From: an uncultured bacterium
GTDB lineage: Bacteria > SAR324 > NAC60-12
DNA: 37,053 bases
Direction of reading: 5' to 3'
NCBI GenBank assembly: GCA_965662235.1
Contig: CBFIGY010000031.1
Location: 1-37,053, forward strand
Shown here: positions 27,801 to 35,627 of the stretch, piece by piece
How positions within the stretch are numbered: position 1 is the first letter of the stretch
Layout of the letters: the number at the start of each line of letters is the position of its first letter
Translations under genes and position numbers: made by a program
Notes under the pieces: model-generated
What the model saw: only the letters and a program-made list of their open reading frames with translations
What the model was told of the DNA's origin: nothing
Databases searched by the model: none

Positions 27801-27947
27801 GAAAGCGTGCAGGCGGCGTTGCAGCAGCACCAGGAGTTTGTCTGCACCGAAACCCTCTGTGACGTGCTGGAGGTGCAGGAAAGCGCTACTGGCACCCAGT
27901 GGGACCTCAACGGCGAGGCCTGCCAGATCGAAGTCATCCGGGCGTAG
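24834..27947 (+). CDS. ileS: Isoleucine--tRNA ligase, type 2
   Basis: DGPPFATGLPHYGH, GWDTHGLPVE, WTTTPWTLP, DWAISRNRFWGTP, EGLDQTRGWFY and KMSKR. The C-terminus lacks the type-1 Zn finger. Confidence 0.98.
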   Translation: MQSVSNKIHFPDLERDLLTFWRNANIFQKSIDERSPDNPFIFYDGPPFATGLPHYGHLLAGTIKDVIPRYKTMRNFRVERRFGWDTHGLPVEYEIEQKLELAGRPEIEKFGVARFNEECRSIVLRYTSEWRETVERMARWIDFDNDYKTMDRDFMESVWWVFKQLWDKGLIYEGVKVVPYSWRIGTPLSNFEANLNYQEVQDPSVTIRFKVTGESDLWLLAWTTTPWTLPSNLALCAHPDFRYVEVRNPEDGQRYLLAEARQASYFEGAEVLRTWQGRELEGMRYEPLFDFAEQKVSLDQAFQVLTDEYVTDESGTGLVHQAPAFGEDDLRVCQRYGIPVFDPVDENGNFQDFMGFLAGLNIKEADRPIQRELKERERLFRQEVLQHSYPFCWRTDTPLIYKAISTWFVKVESFRDRMVAHNKTVHWVPGHIRDGRFGKWLENARDWAISRNRFWGTPLPIWKSDDGDILCFGSVQELEEATGTAIPDLHKHHVDSLVIEKDGKTYRRISEVLDCWFESGSMPYAQQHYPFENKEGFEAGFPANFICEGLDQTRGWFYTLAVLGTALFDAPAFQNCIVNGLILAEDGKKMSKRLKNYPDPTEMLDQYGADAIRLYMLNSPAVRGEDLRFSEKGLIETTRQLLLPLWNALAFLTTYARIDGWEPTPENREVPAENPLDRWILSRLHRLIAEVSTQMDAYDLNRSVAPFVGFIDLLTNWYIRRSRRRFWKAGQGEDKRQAYATLYRVLKEFSKVIAPFIPYIAEGIYRTLRQETEPESVHLTLFPEAQPALRDEQLEAQMDVVLSAVTMGRALRAKHQLKVRQPLPRLTLITRDPDAQQVLSTLGELITDELNIKQLEVTPDEQGLVHLSAKANFKTLGPRLGKQMKGAAQAIAALTPEAIQQVLNGDSVTVDLDGTAMTFAPEDILIQRQQKEGLLVETDALLTVALDTELTPELLQEGLVREFVNKVQNMRKDQDLDVMDRITVRYHASESVQAALQQHQEFVCTETLCDVLEVQESATGTQWDLNGEACQIEVIRA

Positions 27948-27968
27948 CCCAACCACACAAGGAGGAGG

Positions 27969-28724
27969 ATGGAGTTTTCATTAGCAGGAAGGGTCGCCGT
28001 TGTCTCAGGAGGCAGCCGTGGCATTGGAGAATCCATCGCCCGCTGCCTGGCGGGCGCGGGAGCTCAGGTCCTGCTGACCAGTCGCAAAGCAGAAGGTGCC
28101 GAAGCCGCTGCCGCTGCCATTCGGGAGTCTGGAGGACAGGCAGAAGGGCGGGCCTGCCACAATGGGGACCTCGAGCAGGTCGCTCAGCTCTTTGAGTACG
28201 TGGAAACCCGCTACGGACGCTTGGACATCCTCATCAACAACGCCGCGACCAACCCCTTCTATGGTCCTGCTCTTGAGGTGTCGGAAAGTGTTTGGGACAA
28301 AACCGTTGACGTCAACCTGAAGGGGTACTTCTTCATGAGCCAGCATGGCGCCCGCCTGATGATGAAACACGGCCAAGGCTCCATCATCAACGTTGCCTCC
28401 GTCAATGCCAAACGTCCCATGGTGGGCCAGTGCGTTTACTCCCTCACCAAGGCGGGAATCGTTTCCATGACGCAGGGACTTGCCAAGGAGCTGGGACCAC
28501 ACGGCATCCGCGTCAATGCCCTGCTGCCCGGGGTCACCGACACCAAGTTTGCTTCGGCTCTGGTGGAAAACGAACAGTTCCGTCAAGAAGCTCTGCCACA
28601 GATCCCCCTACGGCGCATTGCGCAACCGGAAGAGATGGCCGGGATCGTCCTCTACCTTGCCTCAGACGCCTCGTCTTACACGACCGGCGCCGAGTTTGTC
28701 GTTGATGGGGGATTGCTCGCCTAG
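27969..28724 (+). CDS. Short-chain dehydrogenase/reductase
   Basis: SGGSRGIG, NNAATNP, YSLTK and VDGG. Strong RBS GGAGGAGG. Confidence 0.95.
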   Translation: MEFSLAGRVAVVSGGSRGIGESIARCLAGAGAQVLLTSRKAEGAEAAAAAIRESGGQAEGRACHNGDLEQVAQLFEYVETRYGRLDILINNAATNPFYGPALEVSESVWDKTVDVNLKGYFFMSQHGARLMMKHGQGSIINVASVNAKRPMVGQCVYSLTKAGIVSMTQGLAKELGPHGIRVNALLPGVTDTKFASALVENEQFRQEALPQIPLRRIAQPEEMAGIVLYLASDASSYTTGAEFVVDGGLLA

Positions 28725-28727
28725 CGG

Positions 28728-29504
28728 CTAGCGAATGGGGAGGGGGGAAACCAGCCCCTGCAGACGGGCTTCATGGCAGGCGTCTTCCACAAAGACGTTC
28801 TTGTTGCCTTGGGTCCGGGCAATGCGAGTGGCCCGCTTGCATTCCCACTCGTCGACCGGATCCTCACGGCTCCAGGACTCCATGGTCCGGCGCTGCTCAA
28901 CGGTCATGAAGGCGTGCATGGGATAAGAAAGGTCCATGTACAGAAACGTCCGGGCAATGTCTCCTCGAATGTCCGTCCGGGGCTCCAGCACCTTCCCCTG
29001 CAACTCCACATCACAGTCGCCAAACAGGCGGGGCTCTCCCGGAACCTCGTCAATGCGGGATCCGAGGCGCAGGCCTTCCAGTTCGCTTTCAATGGGAAAC
29101 CAGTTGTAGAGGTCTGCAGCCATGCGGGCAAATTCGGGGTTCTGCTCAGCGGCGCAACGGATGCCTCCGTACGGACGTCCTGAACGGTCCTTGCAGGCCG
29201 GTGCGCCTTGCCATTCCGCAAAGTCAGGGCCGTAGCGTTCGGGAGGAATGAGGGGACGGAAGTCCACCTGAGAGGCTCGGAAGTTCCGCTTCTGGGGAAC
29301 GTAGCCGCAGCGGTCGCTGCTCAGGCGTCCCTGCACAAATGTGCAGTTGCAGAACAGGGTGAAGGGGTAGTTTTCGTAGACGTACCGGCTCAGTCGCAGG
29401 GCCTGGTCCAGCTTATAGATCTTCTGGTTGCCTCGCTTCTCCTGCGCCTGTCCCATTCCTGCCAAGAGGAACAGCCCCAGCAGGACCCCAATGACTGGCT
29501 TCAT
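28728..29504 (-). CDS. Exported endonuclease I (EndA/Vvn) homologue with catalytic residues substituted
   Basis: Signal peptide, FCNC, CGY, GGIRC, MAADLYN, FGDC, EPRTDIRGDIARTFLYM, W...DPVDEWEC and QGNKNVFV. The EWEH motif reads DFRP. Confidence 0.85.
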   Translation of the reverse strand: MKPVIGVLLGLFLLAGMGQAQEKRGNQKIYKLDQALRLSRYVYENYPFTLFCNCTFVQGRLSSDRCGYVPQKRNFRASQVDFRPLIPPERYGPDFAEWQGAPACKDRSGRPYGGIRCAAEQNPEFARMAADLYNWFPIESELEGLRLGSRIDEVPGEPRLFGDCDVELQGKVLEPRTDIRGDIARTFLYMDLSYPMHAFMTVEQRRTMESWSREDPVDEWECKRATRIARTQGNKNVFVEDACHEARLQGLVSPLPIR

Positions 29505-29505
29505 G

Positions 29506-30078
29506 TCAGAGCTTTCCCTGCAGAAAGGCTTCTAGGAGGTGGAGACGGTCGTGGCCAAAGAAGAGTTCCTCTCCCACAAAGAACGCCGGTAGCCCAAAGG
29601 CGCCCCGCTCCATGGCCTCCTGAGTGGCTTCCAGCAACGCCGGCTTCCCCACGGTTCCCGCCTGTGCCACGGCATCAGCGCCCACCGCTGCTGCGACCAC
29701 TTCCGGATCCGTGAGGTCCTTTCCCTCTGCCCAGAACGCTCGGAACAGCTGATGAGCCGCCTGAGGTCGCTCGGCCTCCGGGAGCACAATCAGGGCTCGT
29801 TGGGCCAAAATGGTATTGACCGGGAAGGAGGCGGGGAACTGGTACGGCAGACCATGAAAGCGAGTGAGCCGCTCCATGTCCTTCTGCATGTACGGAACCT
29901 TTTGGGGAACGGAGCCAAAGACGTTGGGATTGTTGAGGGACTTGAACAGCCCTCCCAGAAAGATGGGCTTCCAGCGAACCGTCGCCTGACAGCGCTCAGC
30001 CAGCGCCTCAATTTCCTCAGACGCCACATAGGTGTAGGGACTGACAATGTCGAAGTAGAAATCGATGACGTGTGACAT
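29506..30078 (-). CDS. 2-hydroxychromene-2-carboxylate isomerase / kappa-class GST (DsbA family)
   Basis: FYFDIVSPYTY, WKPIFLGG, FPVNT, GAFGLP and FFGHDRL. Confidence 0.92.
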   Translation of the reverse strand: MSHVIDFYFDIVSPYTYVASEEIEALAERCQATVRWKPIFLGGLFKSLNNPNVFGSVPQKVPYMQKDMERLTRFHGLPYQFPASFPVNTILAQRALIVLPEAERPQAAHQLFRAFWAEGKDLTDPEVVAAAVGADAVAQAGTVGKPALLEATQEAMERGAFGLPAFFVGEELFFGHDRLHLLEAFLQGKL

Positions 30079-30099
30079 GACGGCTCCTGAAGAAGGAAA

Positions 30100-30124
30100 T
30101 GACCGGAGCAGGGGACTCCGGTCA
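30100..30124 (-). terminator. Stem-loop after sucD
   Basis: Perfect 9-bp stem TGACCGGAG...CTCCGGTCA flanked by short A/T runs. Confidence 0.6.
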
Positions 30125-30135
30125 AAAAGGAGGGG

Positions 30136-31008
30136 TTAGCGTCCGAGCACTTCCAGCATCTTGTCCCCAATCTCTGCAGGAGTCGGGACCACATGGATGC
30201 CGGCGTTGGTGAGCGCCTTCATTTTTTCTGCCGCGGTGCCATGGCCTCCGGAGATGATGGCACCCGCATGACCCATACGGCGTCCTGGAGGCGCGGTCTG
30301 TCCGGCAATGAAGCTGACAATCGGCTTGGTCACGTTTTCCTTAGCAAACGCTGCGGCCTGCTCTTCAGCATCTCCACCAATCTCACCAATCATCACAATG
30401 GCTTCTGTCTCAGGGTCATCCTGAAACATCTGGAGACAGTCAATGAAGTTGGTGCCATTAACGGGGTCTCCCCCAATGCCAATGCAGCTGGACTGTCCCA
30501 GCCCGGCACGGGTCAGCTGGCCCACGGCCTCATAAGTCAGGGTTCCGGAGCGGGAAACAACGCCGATGCTTCCAGGATTGTGGATCATGCCCGGCATGAT
30601 GCCGATCTTGCACTGTCCGGGAGTGATCACTCCTGGACAATTTGGACCAATCAACCGGAGTCCCTGGCGACGGACAAAGTGCGTGGCCCGGATCATGTCT
30701 ACCACCGGGATGCCTTCGGTGATGGCCACAATCAGCGGAATCTTGGCTGCTGCCGCCTCAATGATCGCATCGGCAGCAAAGGGCGGAGGCACAAAGATCA
30801 TGGTCGCATTGGCCTCTGTGGCGTCCACAGCTTCCTGCACCGTGTTAAAAATCGGAATGCCCTCAAAGTCCTGTCCCCCTTTTCCAGGAGTGACGCCTGC
30901 CACCACGTTGGTGCCATAATCCCGGCAGCCACGCGTGTGCAGCATGCCTTGAGATCCGGTAATGCCTTGGACCAGCAAACGGGTGCCTTTGTCGATCAAT
31001 ACGCTCAT
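30136..31008 (-). CDS. sucD: Succinyl-CoA synthetase alpha subunit
   Basis: [38 protein letters not shown] and RMGHAGA (phospho-His). Confidence 0.98.
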   Translation of the reverse strand: MSVLIDKGTRLLVQGITGSQGMLHTRGCRDYGTNVVAGVTPGKGGQDFEGIPIFNTVQEAVDATEANATMIFVPPPFAADAIIEAAAAKIPLIVAITEGIPVVDMIRATHFVRRQGLRLIGPNCPGVITPGQCKIGIMPGMIHNPGSIGVVSRSGTLTYEAVGQLTRAGLGQSSCIGIGGDPVNGTNFIDCLQMFQDDPETEAIVMIGEIGGDAEEQAAAFAKENVTKPIVSFIAGQTAPPGRRMGHAGAIISGGHGTAAEKMKALTNAGIHVVPTPAEIGDKMLEVLGR

Positions 31009-31056
31009 GGGGGTTCCTGTTGATGGATGTTCACGCGGGGTTCGCTTAATCGCGCA

Positions 31057-31085
31057 AGTATAGGAAGCTTGTCCTGATGAATCAA
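31057..31085 (-). promoter_or_regulatory. Putative sigma70 promoter of sucD
   Basis: Minus strand TTGATT-N17-TATACT. Confidence 0.6.
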
Positions 31086-31105
31086 GATGAGAAGCCCGGA
31101 AGGCT

Positions 31106-32017
31106 TCATTTCGAAGTCGACGTCACGTCCTCCGTCAACGGCAACTTCTTCCGGAAGTGCTGGTAAATCGCCAGCACACAGAGCCCAAAGATGATGGAAA
31201 CCAGCGCAAAGGCCAGATCCAGTGGTTTCTCCGCCACAAACGAGAACCGGATCAGCACCGTTGAGGTGACAAATCCGGCATTGCGGAAGATCAGCTCATA
31301 GTCATCTGAATAGAGGAACGAGACCACGAGCAGGAAGATGTCCGCAAACACCATCATGGAGAAGAAGTGCGTGTAGAAATCGGTGTGCGGCAGATGCCCA
31401 TACTCGCTGGACGTCTCCGGAATCGCCAGATGATGAGCCCATGCTCCCCAGAGATTGGTGAAGGCCAGCCCCAGCAAGGTGACAATCAGCAGCAGGGCCA
31501 GCGTCTTCTTCAGCTCAATGAAGCGAGCCAGCGAGGGGTAAACCTGCTCAGGAAGGTTCCGGGCGCCGCTGAGCCGGTAATACAGCGCCACCAGTCCAAA
31601 CATCACCAACCCTCCGGTCATGTCAAAGAGGATCGGCTGCAGGGCCTCCAGGTCCGAAAACCCCAGTTTGGTGTGCTCCAGACGACTCATGTCCTTGAAG
31701 ACCCCCCGGATGTAGATGAGCGAGAGGATCTCATACTGCTTGCCCATGGACAGCGTCAGCGACCGCGGCACCATCAGCACCAGCAGGCAAACCTCGTAGA
31801 AGAGGATGAAGCCAAACGGGGTGTGGATGGCTTCAAAGAAGTTCTGCCCCACCAGCTTGGGCAGCACCGGAAGTCCCGGAACCCAGCGGTTGAGGCCAAT
31901 GGCCAGCAGGTGCAGCAGAAACGCCAGAAGCGCAAAACGCACCGTGAAGTGCTCCAGGGCATGAACCACATCCTCCCGAGCGAGGCGGTCAAAGCACTGG
32001 CTGCAACGGCGAAACAT
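31106..32017 (-). CDS. Uncharacterised polytopic membrane protein
   Basis: About 7-8 hydrophobic segments. The ATG at 32017 overlaps the dus stop (TGATG). Confidence 0.75.
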   Translation of the reverse strand: MFRRCSQCFDRLAREDVVHALEHFTVRFALLAFLLHLLAIGLNRWVPGLPVLPKLVGQNFFEAIHTPFGFILFYEVCLLVLMVPRSLTLSMGKQYEILSLIYIRGVFKDMSRLEHTKLGFSDLEALQPILFDMTGGLVMFGLVALYYRLSGARNLPEQVYPSLARFIELKKTLALLLIVTLLGLAFTNLWGAWAHHLAIPETSSEYGHLPHTDFYTHFFSMMVFADIFLLVVSFLYSDDYELIFRNAGFVTSTVLIRFSFVAEKPLDLAFALVSIIFGLCVLAIYQHFRKKLPLTEDVTSTSK

Positions 32018-32997
32018 CAAGCCGCCTTCAGCAGGGCGTCACGGGGCGGGCGTTCTCCCTGCTCAAGGGCGTCCAGCGCTTCCAGCAAGGAGGCCTCGTT
32101 GGTGCAGCCCATCAGCACCGTCCGCCATTCCTTGGCCTGCCGGAAGTTGCTCAGGTACCCGCCGAGGTACTTCCGGATCTCCTTGACGGCATGCCGCTCT
32201 TCCCGGATCTGCCGAAGCAGGAGGTAGTGATCTCGTGTCACGGTGATGCGCTCCTCAACGGTCGGCTCTGGCGCTTCCACCTGCTCCCGGAAGCACCAAG
32301 GGTTGCCAATGGCGGCTCGCCCGATCATGAAGCCGTCCAGATTTCCCTGACGCCGGAGGCCATCTGCGTAGTCTTCCACGTCCCCGTTCCCGATTAACGG
32401 AATTTGTATATTATTTTTCAATTCATAGATCGGATCCCAGTTGGCTTCCCCACGGAAGGCCTGGTTGTAGGTCCGCCCGTGGATCGTCAGCATCGACGCA
32501 CCTGCCGACTCAAGGGCCTGCGCAAAGGAGATCAGCTGCGAGGCGTCATTCCATCCCAAGCGGGTCTTCACCGAAACCTCTAGGGAGCAGGCCTTGCGGA
32601 TCGCTTCAATGATCCGGCAAGCGGTGCCCGGATCCTTCATCAGCGCACTGCCGTGCTGAGAGTGGACAATCTTCTTTGAGGGGCACCCCATGTTGATGTC
32701 GACCCCAAAGATGCCGCGGTCTTCGACCATCCGGGAGACCTCGGCAAAGCTCTCCGGCGTGTTGCCAAAAAGCTGCATCAGGAAGGGGTGCTCGCAGGGG
32801 TCGTAGTCCAGCCGCTGCCGCACACGGTGGCTTCGGAGGATCCCATCCACATTGGTGAACTCACTGAAGAGGATCACATTGGGCGAGAACCGCCGGACAA
32901 TCTGGCGATAGGCCGTGTTCGTGACCCCGTCCATGGGAGCCAGACACATGATGGGGCGAGGAAGGTCCTGCCAGGAAATTCGAGGCATTTCAGTCAT
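32017..32997 (-). CDS. dus: tRNA-dihydrouridine synthase (DusB-like)
   Basis: LAPMDGVT, QLFG, DINMGCP, GSALM, VKTRLG, IHGRT, GNGDV and MIGRAAIGNPW. Confidence 0.95.
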   Translation of the reverse strand: MTEMPRISWQDLPRPIMCLAPMDGVTNTAYRQIVRRFSPNVILFSEFTNVDGILRSHRVRQRLDYDPCEHPFLMQLFGNTPESFAEVSRMVEDRGIFGVDINMGCPSKKIVHSQHGSALMKDPGTACRIIEAIRKACSLEVSVKTRLGWNDASQLISFAQALESAGASMLTIHGRTYNQAFRGEANWDPIYELKNNIQIPLIGNGDVEDYADGLRRQGNLDGFMIGRAAIGNPWCFREQVEAPEPTVEERITVTRDHYLLLRQIREERHAVKEIRKYLGGYLSNFRQAKEWRTVLMGCTNEASLLEALDALEQGERPPRDALLKAA

Positions 32998-34496
32998 CCG
33001 TGCTCCGGTCGCATCGTCGGAAAGAGAATTACATCGCGGATGGTGTACTGCCCCGTCAGGAGCATGACCATCCGGTCCAAACCAAATCCGATGCCCCCCG
33101 TTGGCGGCATCCCATACTCAATGGCGCGGATGAAGTCTTCATCCAGCGGGTGCGTTTCCGTTTCCCCTCCTCGGCCGCGCTCCACCTGTTCCTCCATCAG
33201 CTGCCGCTGCAGGATGGGGTCGTTGAGTTCCGAGTAGGCGTTTGCAATCTCCCAACCATTGATGAAGGCTTCAAAGCGTTCAATCAGGTCCGGATTCTCG
33301 CGGTGCGCCTTGCAGAGCGGGCTTGTTTCTTTCGGGTGGTCGGTGATGAAGGTGGGCTGAATCAGCTGCGCCTCACAGGTTTCTTCAAAGACCAGCTGCG
33401 TCGCCAGCCCTCGGTTCCAGGCGCCTTCGAGCTTCCACCCCCGCTCCTGAAGGAGGTTTTGCAGCTCAGCATCGCTCAGTTGCGAAATGGGCACCTCGCC
33501 CAGCGTCTCAATCGCCTCCACCATCGACAGCCGCTTCCACGGTGCCTTGACGTCGATCACCTTGCCATCGTACTCAAACGTGGTCCGACCATGGAGGGCC
33601 TGCGCACAGCGAGAGTAGATTTCCTCGGTGTGTCGCATCATTGCTGTGTAGTCAACATTGGCCTGGTAGAACTCCAGTGCAGAAAACTCCGGGTTGTGGG
33701 TTCGGTCAATGCCCTCGTTGCGAAAATTCTTCACAAACTCGAACACCCCATCAAACCCGCCCACAATGAGGCGTTTGAGGTAGAGTTCGTTGGCAATCCG
33801 CAGGTAGAAGGTCTGGTCCAGCGCCTTGTGATGGGTGGTGAAGGGGGTCGCATTGGCGCCTCCATACACAGGCTGCAGCGTCGGGGTTTCCACCTCCAAG
33901 AAGCCTTCTTCAACTAGGTAGTTCCGGATGGTGTGGTAGATCAGGCTCCGCTGCCGAAAGACCTGCGCCACTTCTGGATTGAGGTTGAGGTCCACGTAGC
34001 GCTGCCGGTAGCGGAACTCCTTGTCCTTGACCTCATCATGGACAATCCGGACTCCGTCACGCTCCTCCACCTTGGGAACCGGCATGGCCCGGACCGCCTT
34101 GGACAGCAGCGTCACCTCCTGCGCCCGCAGCGTCAGTTCTCCCGTTTTGGTCCGCATCATTGTTCCGGAAAACCCCACCAGATCACCGAGGTCACACAGA
34201 CTGAAGACCTGAAACGGCGTCTCTCCCACGGCATCCAACCGGACGTAGACCTGCATCCGCTCATGCTGCGCCTGAATGTTGCCGAAGATCGCCTTTCCCT
34301 TTCCACGGACCGCCATCAAGCGGCCTGACAGCCGGACGGGGGTTTCGGCCTCTAGGAGCGCCTCCGCCTGCTCCAGAAGCTCAGGAACGGTATGGGTGTT
34401 TTCAAAAGCGTAGGGGTAAGGTTCAACGCCCAGTTCTCGAATCCGGGCCAGCTTTTCCAGTCGAACCGATTGTGCGTCAGCGGTTTCTGTGGTCAT
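32994..34496 (-). CDS. lysS: Lysine--tRNA ligase, class II
   Basis: RYRQRYVDL, GGANATPF, YLRIANELYLKRLIVGG, FRNEGIDRTHNPEF and YGMPPTGGIGFGLDR. Start placed at ATG 34496. Confidence 0.98.
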   Translation of the reverse strand: MTTETADAQSVRLEKLARIRELGVEPYPYAFENTHTVPELLEQAEALLEAETPVRLSGRLMAVRGKGKAIFGNIQAQHERMQVYVRLDAVGETPFQVFSLCDLGDLVGFSGTMMRTKTGELTLRAQEVTLLSKAVRAMPVPKVEERDGVRIVHDEVKDKEFRYRQRYVDLNLNPEVAQVFRQRSLIYHTIRNYLVEEGFLEVETPTLQPVYGGANATPFTTHHKALDQTFYLRIANELYLKRLIVGGFDGVFEFVKNFRNEGIDRTHNPEFSALEFYQANVDYTAMMRHTEEIYSRCAQALHGRTTFEYDGKVIDVKAPWKRLSMVEAIETLGEVPISQLSDAELQNLLQERGWKLEGAWNRGLATQLVFEETCEAQLIQPTFITDHPKETSPLCKAHRENPDLIERFEAFINGWEIANAYSELNDPILQRQLMEEQVERGRGGETETHPLDEDFIRAIEYGMPPTGGIGFGLDRMVMLLTGQYTIRDVILFPTMRPEHG

Positions 34497-34531
34497 GAAC
34501 GATTTCGCCAAACAAGAAAGCAAAATAGATG

Positions 34532-34560
34532 AGTTTACGGGGGAATCGGGTCAGGCTCAA
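34532..34560 (-). promoter_or_regulatory. Putative sigma70 promoter of the lysS-dus operon
   Basis: Minus strand TTGAGC-N17-TAAACT. Confidence 0.5.
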
Positions 34561-34584
34561 TGCAGAAAGAGCGCGGGAGCGCCT

Positions 34585-35565
34585 TTAGTCTGGAGCCGAG
34601 GTTGCGAGCTGCTCACGAGCCGCACTCAGCACCGCTTCCGGAAGCAGCTGGCGGAGGCAGTTGGTGTGCCCGAGGGGACAGCTACGGGCGAAGCAGGGGC
34701 TGCAGTCGAGGTGGAGGCTCAGCAGCCGGGCCTGAGCATTCAGGGGGCGGGTCCAGGTCGGCGAGGTGGAGCCAAAGAGTGCAAGCTGCGGACGACGCAG
34801 AGCCGCCATCACGTGCATGGCTCCAGAGTCGTTGCTGATCAGCAACGCCGACTGTGCCAGCACCCGCACCAACTGGTTGAGGTTGGTCTGCCCACAGGCA
34901 TTGATCACCTCCGGATGCCCCTGCCGAATGACCTCGCCCTGCTCACGATCCTTCTCGGTGCCAAGGATGAGAACGGGCCAACCGTCTGCAGCCAGTTGCT
35001 GCACCACCTCCTGAAAGTGCTCGGTTGGCCATTCCTTGGCAGGGCCGTAGATGGCGCCTGCTGCAACGGCGACAAAGCGCTCTGGCAACGCAAAGGGCAG
35101 GGTCTGCTGAGCCAACCAGTCGGCATCCACTTCTAGGCCGGCTTCCCATCCGGAAGCCGATTGCCCCAACAGGTAGGCGTATTCCTCAATCAGGTGCTGA
35201 CTGCGAGGGGTCCAGGGCAGCTCCAGCGCCGGCTTCAGGAGCAGGCGGCGTCCCCCTCCCGTGAGGCCGTAGCGTTCCGGAATCTGTGCACGAAAGGCCA
35301 TCCAGGCCGCTGAGAAGCTCGGGGGCAGAAGGTAGATCCGGTCATACGACTCCGACCTCAGGGTCCGTCCAAAGGCTCCAGCCGAGGTTTTGGTTTTGTC
35401 AAAGGCATGAAGCCGGCCCCGGTGCGGTAGCGGCAGGTGCTCAAACCCCTTCCGGACAATCAAATCCACGGTGGCGTCCGGGAAGGTGTCCAGGACCGCA
35501 CGGATGAATGCCGTGGACATCAGCAGGTCCCCGAGCCAGTTGGGCGTCCGGATGAGCAGCTTCAC
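34585..35565 (-). CDS. waaF: ADP-heptose:LPS heptosyltransferase II (GT9)
   Basis: PNWLGD, GAIYGPAKEWP, SNDSGAMH, LFGSTSP and CSPCFARSCPLGHTNC. Confidence 0.92.
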   Translation of the reverse strand: MKLLIRTPNWLGDLLMSTAFIRAVLDTFPDATVDLIVRKGFEHLPLPHRGRLHAFDKTKTSAGAFGRTLRSESYDRIYLLPPSFSAAWMAFRAQIPERYGLTGGGRRLLLKPALELPWTPRSQHLIEEYAYLLGQSASGWEAGLEVDADWLAQQTLPFALPERFVAVAAGAIYGPAKEWPTEHFQEVVQQLAADGWPVLILGTEKDREQGEVIRQGHPEVINACGQTNLNQLVRVLAQSALLISNDSGAMHVMAALRRPQLALFGSTSPTWTRPLNAQARLLSLHLDCSPCFARSCPLGHTNCLRQLLPEAVLSAAREQLATSAPD

Positions 35566-35627
35566 AGGTGGTTTGGAAATCGTGGAGGGTCAGAAACGAA
35601 GGGGCCACAGCGGCCCACGGCGTTAGC

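Noticed and set aside
3875..33917. Long antisense or alternate-frame ORFs (e.g. 3875..5209, 10674..12131, 19140..20270, 25746..27212, 33000..33917)
   Set aside because: They lie opposite well-supported genes and have no family motifs. Such shadow ORFs are expected in GC-rich DNA.
35566..35627. oriC next to the dnaA-like gene
   Set aside because: The gap is short and GC-rich with no TTATCCACA boxes and no dnaN. The upstream side is outside the window.
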